Assembly: GCF_000142905.1 (NCBI RefSeq)
Contig: NW_013657661.1
Location: 372,001-436,000 of the forward strand
DNA: 64,000 nucleotides
Direction: 5' to 3'
From: Thecamonas trahens ATCC 50062
Lineage: Eukaryota > Protista > Apusomonadida
The translations under genes and the position numbers were made by a program. This document shows, one piece after another, positions 46,164 through 57,428 of this stretch. The notes beneath the pieces are model-generated. The model searched no databases. It was not told the DNA's origin and worked only from the letters and a program-made list of their open reading frames with translations. Position 1 is the stretch's first letter; each line of letters starts with the position of its first letter.

Positions 46164-46955
46164 TCACACCAGCCACTTGCGGCCATCGGCGAGAGTGTCC
46201 CCCCCGATCATGGAGAGAAAGGCACGGACTATGCGCCAAAGTGCCGACGCTAGCGAGCGGGCGAGTTGCAGGCGGCGCGAGAGCAGGTAGGCGACGACGA
46301 GCGCACCGAGCGCGGCACCGACACCGGAGAGGCCGAGGCTGGCCACAAGACGGTCCATGAGCGACGACGGCGGCAGCGGGCGGCGTTCCGGGAGGCGAGG
46401 CAGTGGATCGAGGTCGTCGGCGTCGTCGTTGTGGCGAGTCGGGGCAAGGCGGGTGTCGGGCGAGAGTGTGCCGGCGTCAGTGGCGTCTGCCGGCATATCG
46501 ATGTCGTCCAGGACCGGATCGGGCGTTCCGGCGCGGGGAAGCGGGGAGCACGGTGGGGTGTCCATAACCACGCGCACGTTTGCAGCGGCGGCGCGGCGGG
46601 AGACCGACTCGGGAGCGTCGGTGGCACCATGAGAAGCCAACGTGTCGCTGAGGTCGTCCATAAAGGCAGCAACTGCCGGCGGAAAAGCAGCGTCGTCCCC
46701 CTCGCCGTACATGGTAGCAGCAGCAGCACGGATGCGGGCTTCGTCAGCACCAGAGACAACCAAAGCCTGAAGCCAGGCAAGGGCAACATGGGCACATGCA
46801 CAGGCGGCGTCAGCAGGGCAGACGTGGGCCGAGGCGTCCTGGGCGGTGGCGGCGGCAAAGGCAGTGGCGGCGTGGGCGACGGTAGCTTCATACGCCCGCG
46901 AGAGAAAGAGTGACTCGATGGAGGTGGCGGTGGCGCGTGGGATGGGTAGGCCCAT
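46164..46955 (-). CDS. Tail-anchored protein, candidate PEX26/APEM9/Pex15-like peroxin
   Basis: Helical N-terminus (SLFLSRAYE...CAHVALAWLQAL...YG...FPPAV), disordered linker, C-terminal TM followed by basic residues and an amphipathic helix. Confidence 0.45.
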   Translation of the reverse strand: MGLPIPRATATSIESLFLSRAYEATVAHAATAFAAATAQDASAHVCPADAACACAHVALAWLQALVVSGADEARIRAAAATMYGEGDDAAFPPAVAAFMDDLSDTLASHGATDAPESVSRRAAAANVRVVMDTPPCSPLPRAGTPDPVLDDIDMPADATDAGTLSPDTRLAPTRHNDDADDLDPLPRLPERRPLPPSSLMDRLVASLGLSGVGAALGALVVAYLLSRRLQLARSLASALWRIVRAFLSMIGGDTLADGRKWLV

Positions 46956-47154
46956 GGTTGGGTGGTGTGTGTGTGTGGGGGGGGGGGGGGGGGAGTGGTG
47001 TGTGTGGTGGTCGGGCGACGGGGTGCGAAGCGGGGTGGGGCGATGGGAGCCACCGGAGGGGAGGGGGAGGGAGGGAGGGAGGGAGGGGAGGGGAGGGGGG
47101 GGGGTGGGGGATGAGTAGTATGTCTTTGAATCATATGATTTGGGTAAGACGGGA

Positions 47155-47209
47155 TCTGCCTGCGGTCTGCCTGCGGTCTGCCTGCGGTCTGCCTGCGATC
47201 AGCCTGCGA
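47155..47209. repeat. Five 11-bp tandem units (TCTGCCTGCGG) in a divergent promoter region
   Basis: Three perfect and two variant copies; a 12-bp palindrome AATCATATGATT lies at 47129-47140. Confidence 0.85.
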
Positions 47210-47384
47210 TGACCGAGTATGGCCATGATCGATTGACGTCGTTGAGTCTGGTAGCGGGACAAGGGGCACAGGGCTCGACAGCATCACCTCCACCCCTCTC
47301 TCCCCCCTTCCCCCTCCTTCCCCCCCTCCCTCTCCCCCGTCCACCCCCATCTCGTCCGATCATCCGAGACAGAAGCTAGAGAAG

Positions 47385-48764
47385 ATGGCAATGAACACGA
47401 ACATCATCTTTGTGTTCCTCTGCCTTGCTCTTGTCACCCTTGCGGCCGGTGCGAGCTTTGACTGCGACATGGCGCCTGCCGACCCGCAGGGTACGTCACG
47501 TGCCGCACGACCGTGGGGGGGGAGGGGGGAGGGGGGGAGGGGGGGGGGGGGGGGTGCAAGGGAGGGGATGACTCATGGATGATTGTGGGTGTGGTGTGGT
47601 GTATGGGTGTGGTGTATGGGTGTGGATGTATGGGTGTGGATGTATGGGTGTGGTGGATGTGGTGGTGGTGATGGTGGTGGTGGTGGTGGTGGTGGTGGCG
47701 ATGGTGGTGGTCGTGCCGATGTCGATGCGATGCCGAGGACCGTGCTGATCACCCCTCTCCTCCCCCTCCCCTCCTCACACGCGCATACACGCATACGTAC
47801 ACGCACGCGTACAGATCGCCGGACAAACAAGGAACAACTGGTCATCACCACGTTCAACGTCGAGTGGCTGTTTGATGGCGTGACCGGCCCGTCGTCGTGC
47901 CCATGGAAGACGGCGGAGGAGGCGGACCGGCATCTGGAGCTCGTGGCGACGTTTGTGGCGACGATGAACCCCTTGCCCGACGTGCTGATGATGCAGGAGG
48001 TGCAGGACTGCGACATGCTGCGGCGACTGGCGAAGGCGCTTCCCGGCGGCGAGGCCGTCTACCGCGCGTACATGGTCAAGGGCACCGACACGTCGACCCA
48101 GCAGAACACCGGGATGTTGACCAAGATCGATCCCGAGACTCATGTCTTCCGCACCAGCGACCGCTTCCCGTACCCGATTGGCGGCGAGCAGTGCGGCTAC
48201 AAGGGCTCGGACGGGACCCAGGGCGTGTCGAAGCACATGTTTGCCCAACTCCGGGTTGGCTCGCGCCGCCTCGCGCTGGCCAACATCCACTTTCTCGCCT
48301 TTCCCACCGAGTCGACCCGGTGCGCCAAGCGCGAGGCCCAGGCCAACGTCATTCGCTACCAGGTTGACGAGTTCCTGACCAAGGGCATGGACGTCATCAT
48401 CCTCGGCGACCACAACGACTACTCGGCCGACGTGCCAGACTCGGCCGACAACAAGCCGAGTTCGCGAGTCGTCAACATCCTCCGCAACGGCGTCATCAAG
48501 GGCGCATCGAGCCCGGCTGCCAACGCCACCACGCCCAGCATCACCGAGTCGATGTCGTTGGAGGAGGTCTCTGCACTTGTCAAGCAGCCGTCGCGCTACA
48601 CATCGGCGTACGGGACCGACCTGGTCTCGCAGATCGATCATCTGCTCATCTCCAACTCGCTCATCGGCTCGCTCTCGCACGCGTACATCGACCACGGCTT
48701 TCCGCGCGGCGTCGTCTCGGACCACTGGCCTCTCACCGCGGTTCTCAAGACGAGCGACTGGTAG
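47385..48764 (+). CDS. Secreted endonuclease/exonuclease/phosphatase (EEP, DNase I-like) protein; exons 47385-47490 and 47815-48764
   Basis: Signal peptide; phase-1 GTACGT...ACAG intron 47491-47814; catalytic motifs TFNVEW, MQEV, IHF, ILGDHND, IDHLL, SDHWPL. Confidence 0.92.
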
Positions 48765-48825
48765 CCAGCCACCCTGATAAACTCGTACTTCTACTTTGCT
48801 CCCGCCACCCTCTGCTTTTATGTGC

Positions 48826-50387
48826 TTACGACGACGGGGCTGCGGCGGCGTCTGCAGCGTGACCAGCGTCGAGTGTACCGCCTCCATCTGGGCGAGCATC
48901 TCGTCGAGCGACTCCTTGGTGAACTCGACGGTCATGTCCGACGACTCGCCCGAGACCTGCTCGACTTGCACGTTGAGCAGAAGCTTGGGCTGGTGGAGAG
49001 CGGCGATCTTGTCCGAGCCGAGCGTCACGTTGAGTTTCCAGTCAAAGTCGGTCATGTACGCCGAGGCAATCTGCGACGAGGCTACAACAAGGGCAAGTCG
49101 GAGTTCATCTGTCCGCGAGCGGAGGACGCCGACAATCGGCGCAAAAAGCTTGCGGTCGACGCCGAGGGTGGCAAGATCGCTGGCAATGGCCTCGTTCGAC
49201 AGCGAGAACTTGATCGCGTTGGTGAACAGCAGCTTGAAGGCCTCCACCGAGCCGAGAATCGAGTCGATCGACGCGCACTCTTGGAACCGCTGCACGTACG
49301 ACTGCGGCTTGGAGCAGAGGTCATCGATGATCGCATGCAGAAACTACCCACCCGCACCACCCCCCCTGTCTGCGTGAGTCTAGGCGTCTGTGCCGTCCAC
49401 GACCCCAGCAGCCGACCGCCTGCAGCCCAACCAGCAGAGCCGCCTCAGCCGACCACCACCACCACCACCACCACCGTCACCCCCCCCCTTGTGGCTAACC
49501 TTGCCTCTGCCCCGCCCTCACTCCCGCTCCTGCCCCCCTCCCCCCATGCCCCTGCCGCCCCGTCCCGGTCACGCGTCCACTCACCACGACCACCACGACC
49601 ACCACGGCCACCACCACGGCCACCACCACGGCCACCACCCTCTCCATCGCCACCATATCCTCCCTACCACCACTCTCACCCCCCCCCCCNNNNNNNNNNN
49701 NNNNNNNNNNNNNNNNNNNNNNNNNNNNNNNNNNNNNNNNNNNNNNNNNNNNNNNNNNNNNNNNNNNNNNNNNNNNNNNNNNNNNNNNNNNNNNNNNNNN
49801 NNNNNNNNNNNNNNNNNNNNNNNNNNNNNNNNNNNNNNNNNNNNNNNNNNNNNNNNNNNNNNNNNNNNNNNNNNNNNNNNNNNNNNNNNNNNNNNNNNNN
49901 NNNNNNNNNNNNNNNNNNNNNNNNNNNNNNNNNNNNNNNNNNNNNNNNNNNNNNNNNNNNNNNNNNNNNNNNNNNNNNNNNNNNNNNNNNNNNNNNNNNN
50001 NNNNNNNNNNNNNNNNNNNNNNNNNNNNNNNNNNNNNNNNNNNNNNNNNNNNNNNNNNNNNNNNNNNNNNNNNNNNNNNNNNNNNNNNNNNNNNNNNNNN
50101 NNNNNNNNNNNNNNNNNNNNNNNNNNNNNNNNNNNNNNNNNNNNNNNNNNNNNNNNNNNNNNNNNNNNNNNNNNNNNNNNNNNNNNNNNNNNNNNNNNNN
50201 NNNNNNNNNNNNNNNNNNNNNNNNNNNNNNNNNNNACACCCCCACATCTCCTGGTACGCACCTGCATCACAAGGTCGCCGTCACTCCAGTCACACACGTC
50301 CTTGACATAGGCAAGAAGCTTGAGGTTATGGGCAGAGGGCACTCCGCCCAGACAGTGCAGCCGTGCTTCACCATCACTCGACGCCAT
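48826..50387 (-). CDS. COMMD8: COMM domain-containing protein 8; exons 50387-50262 and 49343-48826
   Basis: Phase-0 intron GTGCGT...GTAG. FLHAIIDDLC, RSRTDELRLAL, MTDFDWKLNVTLGSDKIAALHQP, EFTKESLDEMLAQME. Stop TAA at 48826-48828 is reached if one C is added at 48836-48839. Confidence 0.88.
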
Positions 50388-50980
50388 CGCCAGACTCTCT
50401 TCGCCTCACACAGAAAGGGGAGAGAGAGGGGGGGGGAGGGAGGGAGGGAGGGAGAGAGAGGTGGGGGTGGTGGGGTGGGGTTGGGGGACACGCAGCGGAC
50501 TGGTCGAGGCAGCTCACATGGTCCGACCCTGTCGACATGTGCGTCACATACGGTAGCGGTGAGCCGTGATGGCGAGGTTGGTGGTCAGAGGGACAGAGTG
50601 ATGGGTGTCAATGATGGTGATGGTGGTGGTGATGGTAGCTGCGACGGGGACACCGGGGTCGATGGCCTCGGTCGATCTTCCTCTCGGGCAGGTAGCCAGC
50701 ACGCGGTCCGGCCACTCGGCGCCTTAGCCAGAGGAGCAACACCTGACTCCCAGGGGAGAAGGATGAGTCACTCCACTTGGGGGCGGACTAGATGCCATCG
50801 ACTCGCCGTCGCACTCCCCACTCAGGCAGCCACCTTGCAAACGCGCGAATCCTCTCACACCTCCGCGCGCTCGCCTGCACACGCGCACACCTGCAAACAC
50901 AGCGGGAACGCGGGAGGCCGCACGGCGAGAAGGCTATGGATGTAGTATACAATGCGTCACGGCCCAAGTTGATGCACGGG

Positions 50981-51244
50981 CTGGTGCTGGTGATGGTGCT
51001 GGTGGTGGTGATGGTGATGGTGATGGTGATGGTGATGATGGTGGTGATGGTGCTGGTGGTGGTGATGGTGATGGTGATGATGGTGGTGATGGTGATGGTG
51101 ATGATGGTGGTGATGGTGATGGTGCTGGTGATGGTGCTGGTGGTGGTGCTGGTGGTGGTGCTGGTGATGGTGCTGGTGATGATGGTGGTGATGGTGCTGG
51201 TGGTGGTGATGGTGGTGGTGACGGTGGTGGTGATGGTGATGATG
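50981..51244. repeat. Degenerate (GTG/ATG/CTG)n trinucleotide-hexanucleotide microsatellite
   Basis: About 260 bp of GTGATG/GTGGTG/GTGCTG units between COMMD8 and crescerin. Confidence 0.93.
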
Positions 51245-51959
51245 TACAATACTGTTCTCGTTGGGCCTTGTCTGTCACGGTCACCATCCCCATCCGCAGC
51301 ACTGGCCATCGCCACGTTCATCAACATTCCCTTGACCACACCAGCACACACCACAAAGCACCTCCTTCCACCCTCCCTCCATCCCGTCCACCCAATCACC
51401 TCTAACCCCCCCCCTATGGAGGCTAGGGTCTTCGGGTTCCTCCCGGANNNNNNNNNNNNNNNNNNNNNNNNNNNNNNNNNNNNNNNNNNNNNNNNNNNNN
51501 NNNNNNNNNNNNNNNNNNNNNNNNNNNNNNNNNNNNNNNNNNNNNNNNNNNNNNNNNNNNNNNNNNNNNNNNNNNNNNNNNNNNNNNNNNNNNNNNNNNN
51601 NNNNNNNNNNNNNNNNNNNNNNNNNNNNNNNNNNNNNNNNNNNNNNNNNNNNNNNNNNNNNNNNNNNNNNNNNNNNNNNNNNNNNNNNNNNNNNNNNNNN
51701 NNNNNNNNNNNNNNNNNNNNNNNNNNNNNNNNNNNNNNNNNNNNNNNNNNNACCCTCCCTCCACTCCCGTCCCACCCAACTCCACTCCTAACCCCCCCCC
51801 CCCCCCCCCTCCCCCTCCCCCCCATACCCCGATCCCGATCACCCTGATCATCCCCAAACACACCTCCAATCACCTCCAATCACCACACCAGCCAAACCCA
51901 ACCCACCACCACACCAATTCCAGCAAATTCCCGCCCCTTCCCTACCCCCCCCCCCCCCT

Positions 51960-54898
51960 ATGGAGGCTAGGGTCTTCGGGTTCCTCCCGGACGAGGTGTA
52001 CAAGGCACTCTCTGCCCAACCGTGGCGAGAACGGACACAGGCTGCCCATGCCCTGCTTGACGGCTTGCAAGGACTTGGGCCAAGGGAGATACCTTCGGTA
52101 CGGAGACACCTTGCCAAGCTCTGTGATGTGGCTACCAAACTGCTGGCTGATCCAAAGTTCAAGGTCGCTCTCACAGGCTTGCACATCATCGAGTGCTTGG
52201 TCCTCCGCTTTGGTCCGGCTCTCAAGCCGCTGCTCTCGGTCCTTGTTCCCCGTCTTGCTCACGAACTCGGTGGCAAGCATGTGGTATTTGTCTCGGCTGT
52301 CGTCAAGGTCTTTCACGATCTGTATGATGTCCTTGGTCCGCTCCCGGTCGTCGTCCATCTCGCAGAGCATCTCGAGACCTCGCCACCGCATCGCGTCGTC
52401 GAGCGATCGCTCAACCTCCTCATCTCTGCTCTGCTGCTCTTTCCCGACGCCCGCGTTCCCTATGCCTCGCTCCTCCGCCCATTGCTGCGCCTCCTCACAG
52501 AAAACGGTCTGGAGCTCGGCGAACAGCCGCGGACTCGCGCAGGCGTCATGGTTCTCGAGTTTCTGGCTATCGCATACACCGACGTTGGCGAGTCGCTCAT
52601 CGACGAGCTCGCCCGCTTTGCCCCGTCGGACGCCGCGCTCGACGACTTGCGTGTCCTCATGGTCGCCACCCCGCTGCCCACCATCACAGAAGACGGTGTG
52701 GTCGAGCACGGCGCACAGCTCCCCCCCCGCCGTCGTCGGCTGCCTCGCACTCGAGCGAGGTCTCGGCCTCCCGCACCCCACACCGCCGCCGCTCCTCCCG
52801 CCGTGCTCTGCTTGCACCGGACACCTTGTACCGCGACCATAGCGGCCGTGACGACCGCGGCGCACGCGACGGCCCGGCCTACACCCCGCCATCAAGCCAC
52901 CGCCGTGCCAACACCTACGACGCGTCGCGATCTGCCCCGTCGTCGCTCCGTACGGATGCCAATGGCCGCAGCACGCGTTCGCCGTCGTCGCCCTACGTTT
53001 CGCCAGCCGACCACTCTTCATACGCTGCCCGCCACGCCTCGTACCGCGCCGCACGCGACGCCAGTTCCGGCCCCAGCTCGGTCCTCTCCCGCCGCAACGC
53101 CCCGCCGTCGGTCCAGCCGCTCAGAGTGGACCGCTCGCAAGCATCAGACCACCCGCATGCCGGCGGTGCATCCTCCTCGTCATCTCGTGGCGTCTTTCGC
53201 GCATCCTCTATTCACGGCCGCGACATCATGCTTGACGACGCCGATCAGTCCCGTCGCCGCGTCGCCCCGCGCACCTTTGGCGGCCACATCAAGCGTACCC
53301 GGAGCTCGCGCGATGCCATCGTCGACCCGTACGACCTCGACGAAGCGGAGCCTACCCGCAGCAGCGGAGGCGGCGGCGGCAAGCACAAGCGCCGCATGTC
53401 CACCCCACGGCTCGGCCTCATCAAGCGCCGTGCCTCCCAGCGCATGGCCGCTCGCCGCGAGTCGGTCGACTCTTCGGCCCAGTCCGCGATCGCCTTTGCG
53501 CCCAAGTCCGAGCCACGGCTCGAGCCCGAGCCCGAGCCCACTGCAGTGCGCACCCCATCTCATCGCCGCGGCTCCTCGCGTCGCCGTACCTTGTCGCTCG
53601 TCCCGGATACCTCCCTCGCCGTCTCGATCCGCTCGTCGTCGACCCGCTCCCCAACCGACTCGGGCCACTCGCCATCACCGATGCCTTCACATGCAGGCTC
53701 GTTCTCGCCAACCGCCGACCGCCGCCGCGCGGCCTCCATTGCTGTAGCTCCACTTGCGGAGCAAGCCTCCGACTCTCAAATCCCACTCCGCCGCCGTCGC
53801 AAGAACTCGGTCAGCTCGGCCTCTTCGCGCCTCGACTCGTCAGTGCCCAACATACCGCTGGGCGATTCAATGTCATCGACAGCCAGCGGTCGCCGCCGCC
53901 GCCGCAAGCCGTCGCACAGCCCAGATCCTGACCACGAGCCGGCCCGCACCTCCAGCTATCGCCGCCGCCGCAAGCGCTCGGTCGACCTCAACCGCAGTGT
54001 CTCGCCACAGTTGATGCCGTCGTCGATGTCCTCGCGGATGTCCGACGTCGACTCCAATGCAGCCGAGGCTGAAGCCGGGTACAGTTCAAGGCGGCCGTCC
54101 CGGCGGATGTCTACCGCCTCGACCAAGTCCATTGTCTCGATGAGGTCGTATGCCGGCGCCGCTGCATCACCCAAAATCGACAATGCCGAACAAGTTCCAA
54201 CCGAGCTGCTACAGCCGGTCGATGGTGACGTCGACGCCGCTCTCGAGCACGCGCTCCACGATGCGTCTACAGCCAAGGAGTGGGAGGTTGCGTTCCGCGC
54301 CCTTGAGCTCCTTCGCCGCATTGTTGTCCACTCGCCCGACACCGTCGTGGCCGCCTCGGACGGCGTCCCGCGCCTGGTCGAGGCCACCCGGACCTGCGTC
54401 GCCAACCTCCGCTCCTCAGTCTCACGCGCAGCGCTGTTGCTGCTCGAGAACGTGTTTACCCACCTCGGCCGCCCCATCTCCTCACATCTTACCGGCCTGG
54501 TTCCGGACCTTGTTAAGAAGGCTGGCGAATCGTCGACCTTTATGCAGGAGCAGGTCTACTCGACCCTCGAGGCCATGGTCACCCACGTCGCACTCTCGCG
54601 TGCCATCGGCACCCTCTGCGGCGAGGCCGAGTCCAAGAACAAGCTCATCCGTGCCGCCGTCGCCCATGCTTTTACCCAGCTCGTTGTCCACCGCGGCAGC
54701 CGGGCCCTCCACGCCCGCGACGTCGGCGACCTCCTCGACATTGTCGCCAAACAGCTCAAGGACCGCGACTCCAAGGTCCGCGCCCATGCCCGAGCCACTG
54801 CTAAGGCCTGCTATGAAGCCACTCCGGACTTTAGCTCGATCCTCGCATCGCACCTATCGTCGTCGGCAGCATCTGCCTTTGCCGCCGCAAACAAGTAA
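51960..54898 (+). CDS. TOGARAM1: Crescerin/TOGARAM (FAM179/CHE-12) family ciliary tubulin-binding protein with two TOG domains and a Ser/Arg-rich linker; one frame break
   Basis: VFGFLPDEVYKAL...WRERTQA...LLADPKFKV (TOG2-like) and EWEVAFRALELLRR...NLRSSVSRAA...KKAGESSTFM (TOG3-like). The ORFs join across the C8 run at 52721-52728. Confidence 0.85.
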
Positions 54899-54915
54899 CA
54901 CTACCGTGCGCTCTA

Positions 54916-57277
54916 TCACAGCGCCGCCAGCAGCGAGTCGAGCTCGTCCATGGCGGGCGCATCACCCACACCGTTGCTACTCGTTTGGCCACCCGCAGGC
55001 TCCAGCGCTGCCAGCATCGAATCCAAGTCGTCGTCGCCGTGCCCGCCTTCCACACCACTGCCACCCGAGACCCCATCCTCTGGCCCTAGCGCTGCCAGCA
55101 TTGCGTCCAGATCATCGACTGCCGCAGCCGTCTCGCTCGCCAAAGCCGCAACCTGCGGGGTTCCGACGGCGCTGCACCTGTCTCCAATGCTGCCATGGCC
55201 GCATTGAGCACATCAGACTCTTTGCGGGCCGCGCGCTGCGCTTCGGCTTCAGCCTCGGCCTCAGCCTCGGTCTCACCTTCAGTGCCGGCACCCAGCGTGT
55301 CAAGCAGCGCGTCGAGGTCCGAGAACTCTTGTGCTGCCAGATTGCTTTCTCCGTTCTCAGCATTGGCCAGGTCGATCTGCTCCAACAAGTCATGCAAGCT
55401 GGTGTCGGCCGGGTTGGTGCTTGCACTTGCGCTGGCACTTGCACTTGCGCTTGCCCCCGCGTTAGCACCACCATCGCCATCGGGATCGGCATCCGGCTCG
55501 AGTTGACCCAGAAGTTCGGCCAGCTCATCCGTCTCGGCAGACGGCACAGGCTCAGCCAGAGACCCGGCTACGGGCTGAGCCACATGCTCGGGTTCGACCA
55601 CAGGCTCTGGCTCCGAGGCGGAAGCAGCGGCAGGACAAGGTTCGGCACTCGGCGCTGATGCGGCCTTTTTGGCAGCGGCAGCGGCGGCCTCCTCACCCTT
55701 GAGTGTACGCAGAGTCTCAGCGACAGCCAACGCAAGATACTCGGACTCTTTGCGGACCTTGTTCTTGCGCTCGGGCTCAGGCGTGGTCTCGTCGGTCACC
55801 TCGACGGCGGCAAACTGGAGCTGCGACGGCCGCGACTGGACGGTGGCAATGTCACGCTCGAGCTGGTCACGCACGGCGGCGTCGGGCGTGTTCTTGCGGA
55901 CAATCGACGCCCGCGCCACAAACGCCTGCGTTTGTTTGGAGACCTCGGACGACGAGAGGAGCACCTCGGAGGCGGTGGTAGCGTCGGCCAGCGACCGCAT
56001 CGACGAAGCCAGGTTCTTGGCCATCGAGACCAACGCCGACGTCTCGTCCTCGCCGTCATCGTCAAAGGCATCGATCTCGTCAAGCACACTTTGGTGCGCC
56101 TCGGCATGGACCTCGGTCACCTGCACAGGTGTCGCCTGGACCTTGGTCACCACCGCCTGCGACTTTTGCACCATGAGCTTGAGGTACTCGCGCTCGGCAA
56201 ACTCGACCGAGTCGGGCAGCCGCTTATGTGGCTGTGGCGGGCGCGATGCGGCCTTGGAGAGCGCGTTGACCAGCTGCGCCAGCTGGCCCAGGGCCTCGTG
56301 GAATGCCGTTGGATCAGCGCCCGGCTGCCTCACCAGCACCACCGCCTCGTTGGCCAGTCGGGTCAGCCCGCCGTTGACGTAGCTCACGCCGCGCTCCAGA
56401 TCATCGCGCATGTCAAAGTCTGCCACCTCGGTGATGCGCGCCTCGACGAGGTTGCACAGCGAGGTAGCCAGTGCCTTCATGTGCTGCAGCACCTGAAGCG
56501 AGCCCTGCCTGTTGCCACGCGGCAACACATCGCGCAGCTGCTTGAACGAGAGCATCAGTTCGCGCGCAACCTTTGCAATGCGCGAGACAGCAGCCTTGTC
56601 GAGCGCCTTGAGGAAGTCCGAGACGGCGACTCCAATGGCTCTGCACCCATTGATGATACCAGCCCACGCCTTGCCCACCTTGTAGCTGCTGAGATTACGG
56701 GTGACCGCGAGCAGCGTTTCCCCAGCTGTATGCATCGACTGCGAGACTTGGTTCAGATCGCTCACCACCTCGGGGTACTCGGCATACACTTCGGTCTGGG
56801 AGATGGCTACAGAGCACAGCGTCTGCACTGCGGCGCCCACCTTTTCGCATCCGAGCGCTGTTTGGGCGATGTTGATGGAGGAGGAGGGAGGGGGGGGGGG
56901 TGGGAAGGACGGCTCGTGTGAGAGAATGCGCACACCCATACACACCTTAATTCCCATACACATACATAGACATGTATACTACTACCCTATGGCATTTGTG
57001 TGGTATGGCTAGATATGCACTGCCTTGTACGGCTTGCAGAAGACCGACACAGGTGGCGGCGGAACGGTTGGCGAATTCTGACGAAGTGACACCTGGAGCG
57101 AGAGGGGGGGGGGGAGGGGGGGTATGGGTATGACGCATGGTATGAGACAAGAATACACAGGGGGGGGGTGGACATACTGATGGCTGGAGGTGGGGCTACG
57201 TTGTGGTTCTGGAACTTGATGGCAGTCACCACAAGTTGGGAGATAGAGTCCGCAACAGGGTTGAGCGACGCCTGCAT
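54916..57277 (-). CDS. Vinculin/alpha-catenin family protein (~680 aa): D1 head + tail (Vt) + LD-motif C-terminal extension; exons 57277-57178 and 56857-54916, one frame break
   Basis: ASLNPVADSISQLVV and IINGCRAIGVAVSDFLKALDKAAVSRI resemble vinculin D1. LVSMAKNLASSMRSL...DAAVRDQLERDIATVQSRPSQLQ...LALAVAETLR resembles Vt. Phase-1 GTATGT...ACAG intron; one base missing at 55157-55160. Confidence 0.85.
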
Positions 57278-57428
57278 CGACTGCGAGCCTGCCCGTCCGA
57301 GTTGAGTGGCGGTGGCGGTGGCAGGGGCAGAAGAGGTAGAGGGGCAGAGAGGCCGAGGCGCCGAGCTGGCTGGCTAGCTTTACGATCTGCACTGCGAGCG
57401 AGTAGGGCGGTGCAGGTGGCGCGCATGG

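Noticed and set aside
47775-48825. Apparent ~350-aa C-terminal extension of COMMD8 antisense to the EEP gene
   Set aside because: COMM domains are C-terminal; one added C at 48836-48839 gives a stop at 48826 followed by an A-rich 3' signal.
51405-51447. Second copy of the crescerin start (ATGGAGGCTAGGGTCTTCGGGTTCCTCCCGGA)
   Set aside because: Identical to 51960-51991, ends exactly at an assembly gap and follows poly-C; most likely a contig-end overlap artefact, not a duplication or alternative first exon.
50792-51847. Poly-Val/Met, poly-Thr/Ile and Pro/Ser ORFs
   Set aside because: Translations of the GTG/ATG microsatellite plus the N-gap.
56990-57092. Possible extra exon within the vinculin-like intron (after CTCCAG on the minus strand)
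   Set aside because: Direct exon1-exon2 joining already aligns with vinculin D1 without a gap, and no convincing donor was found.
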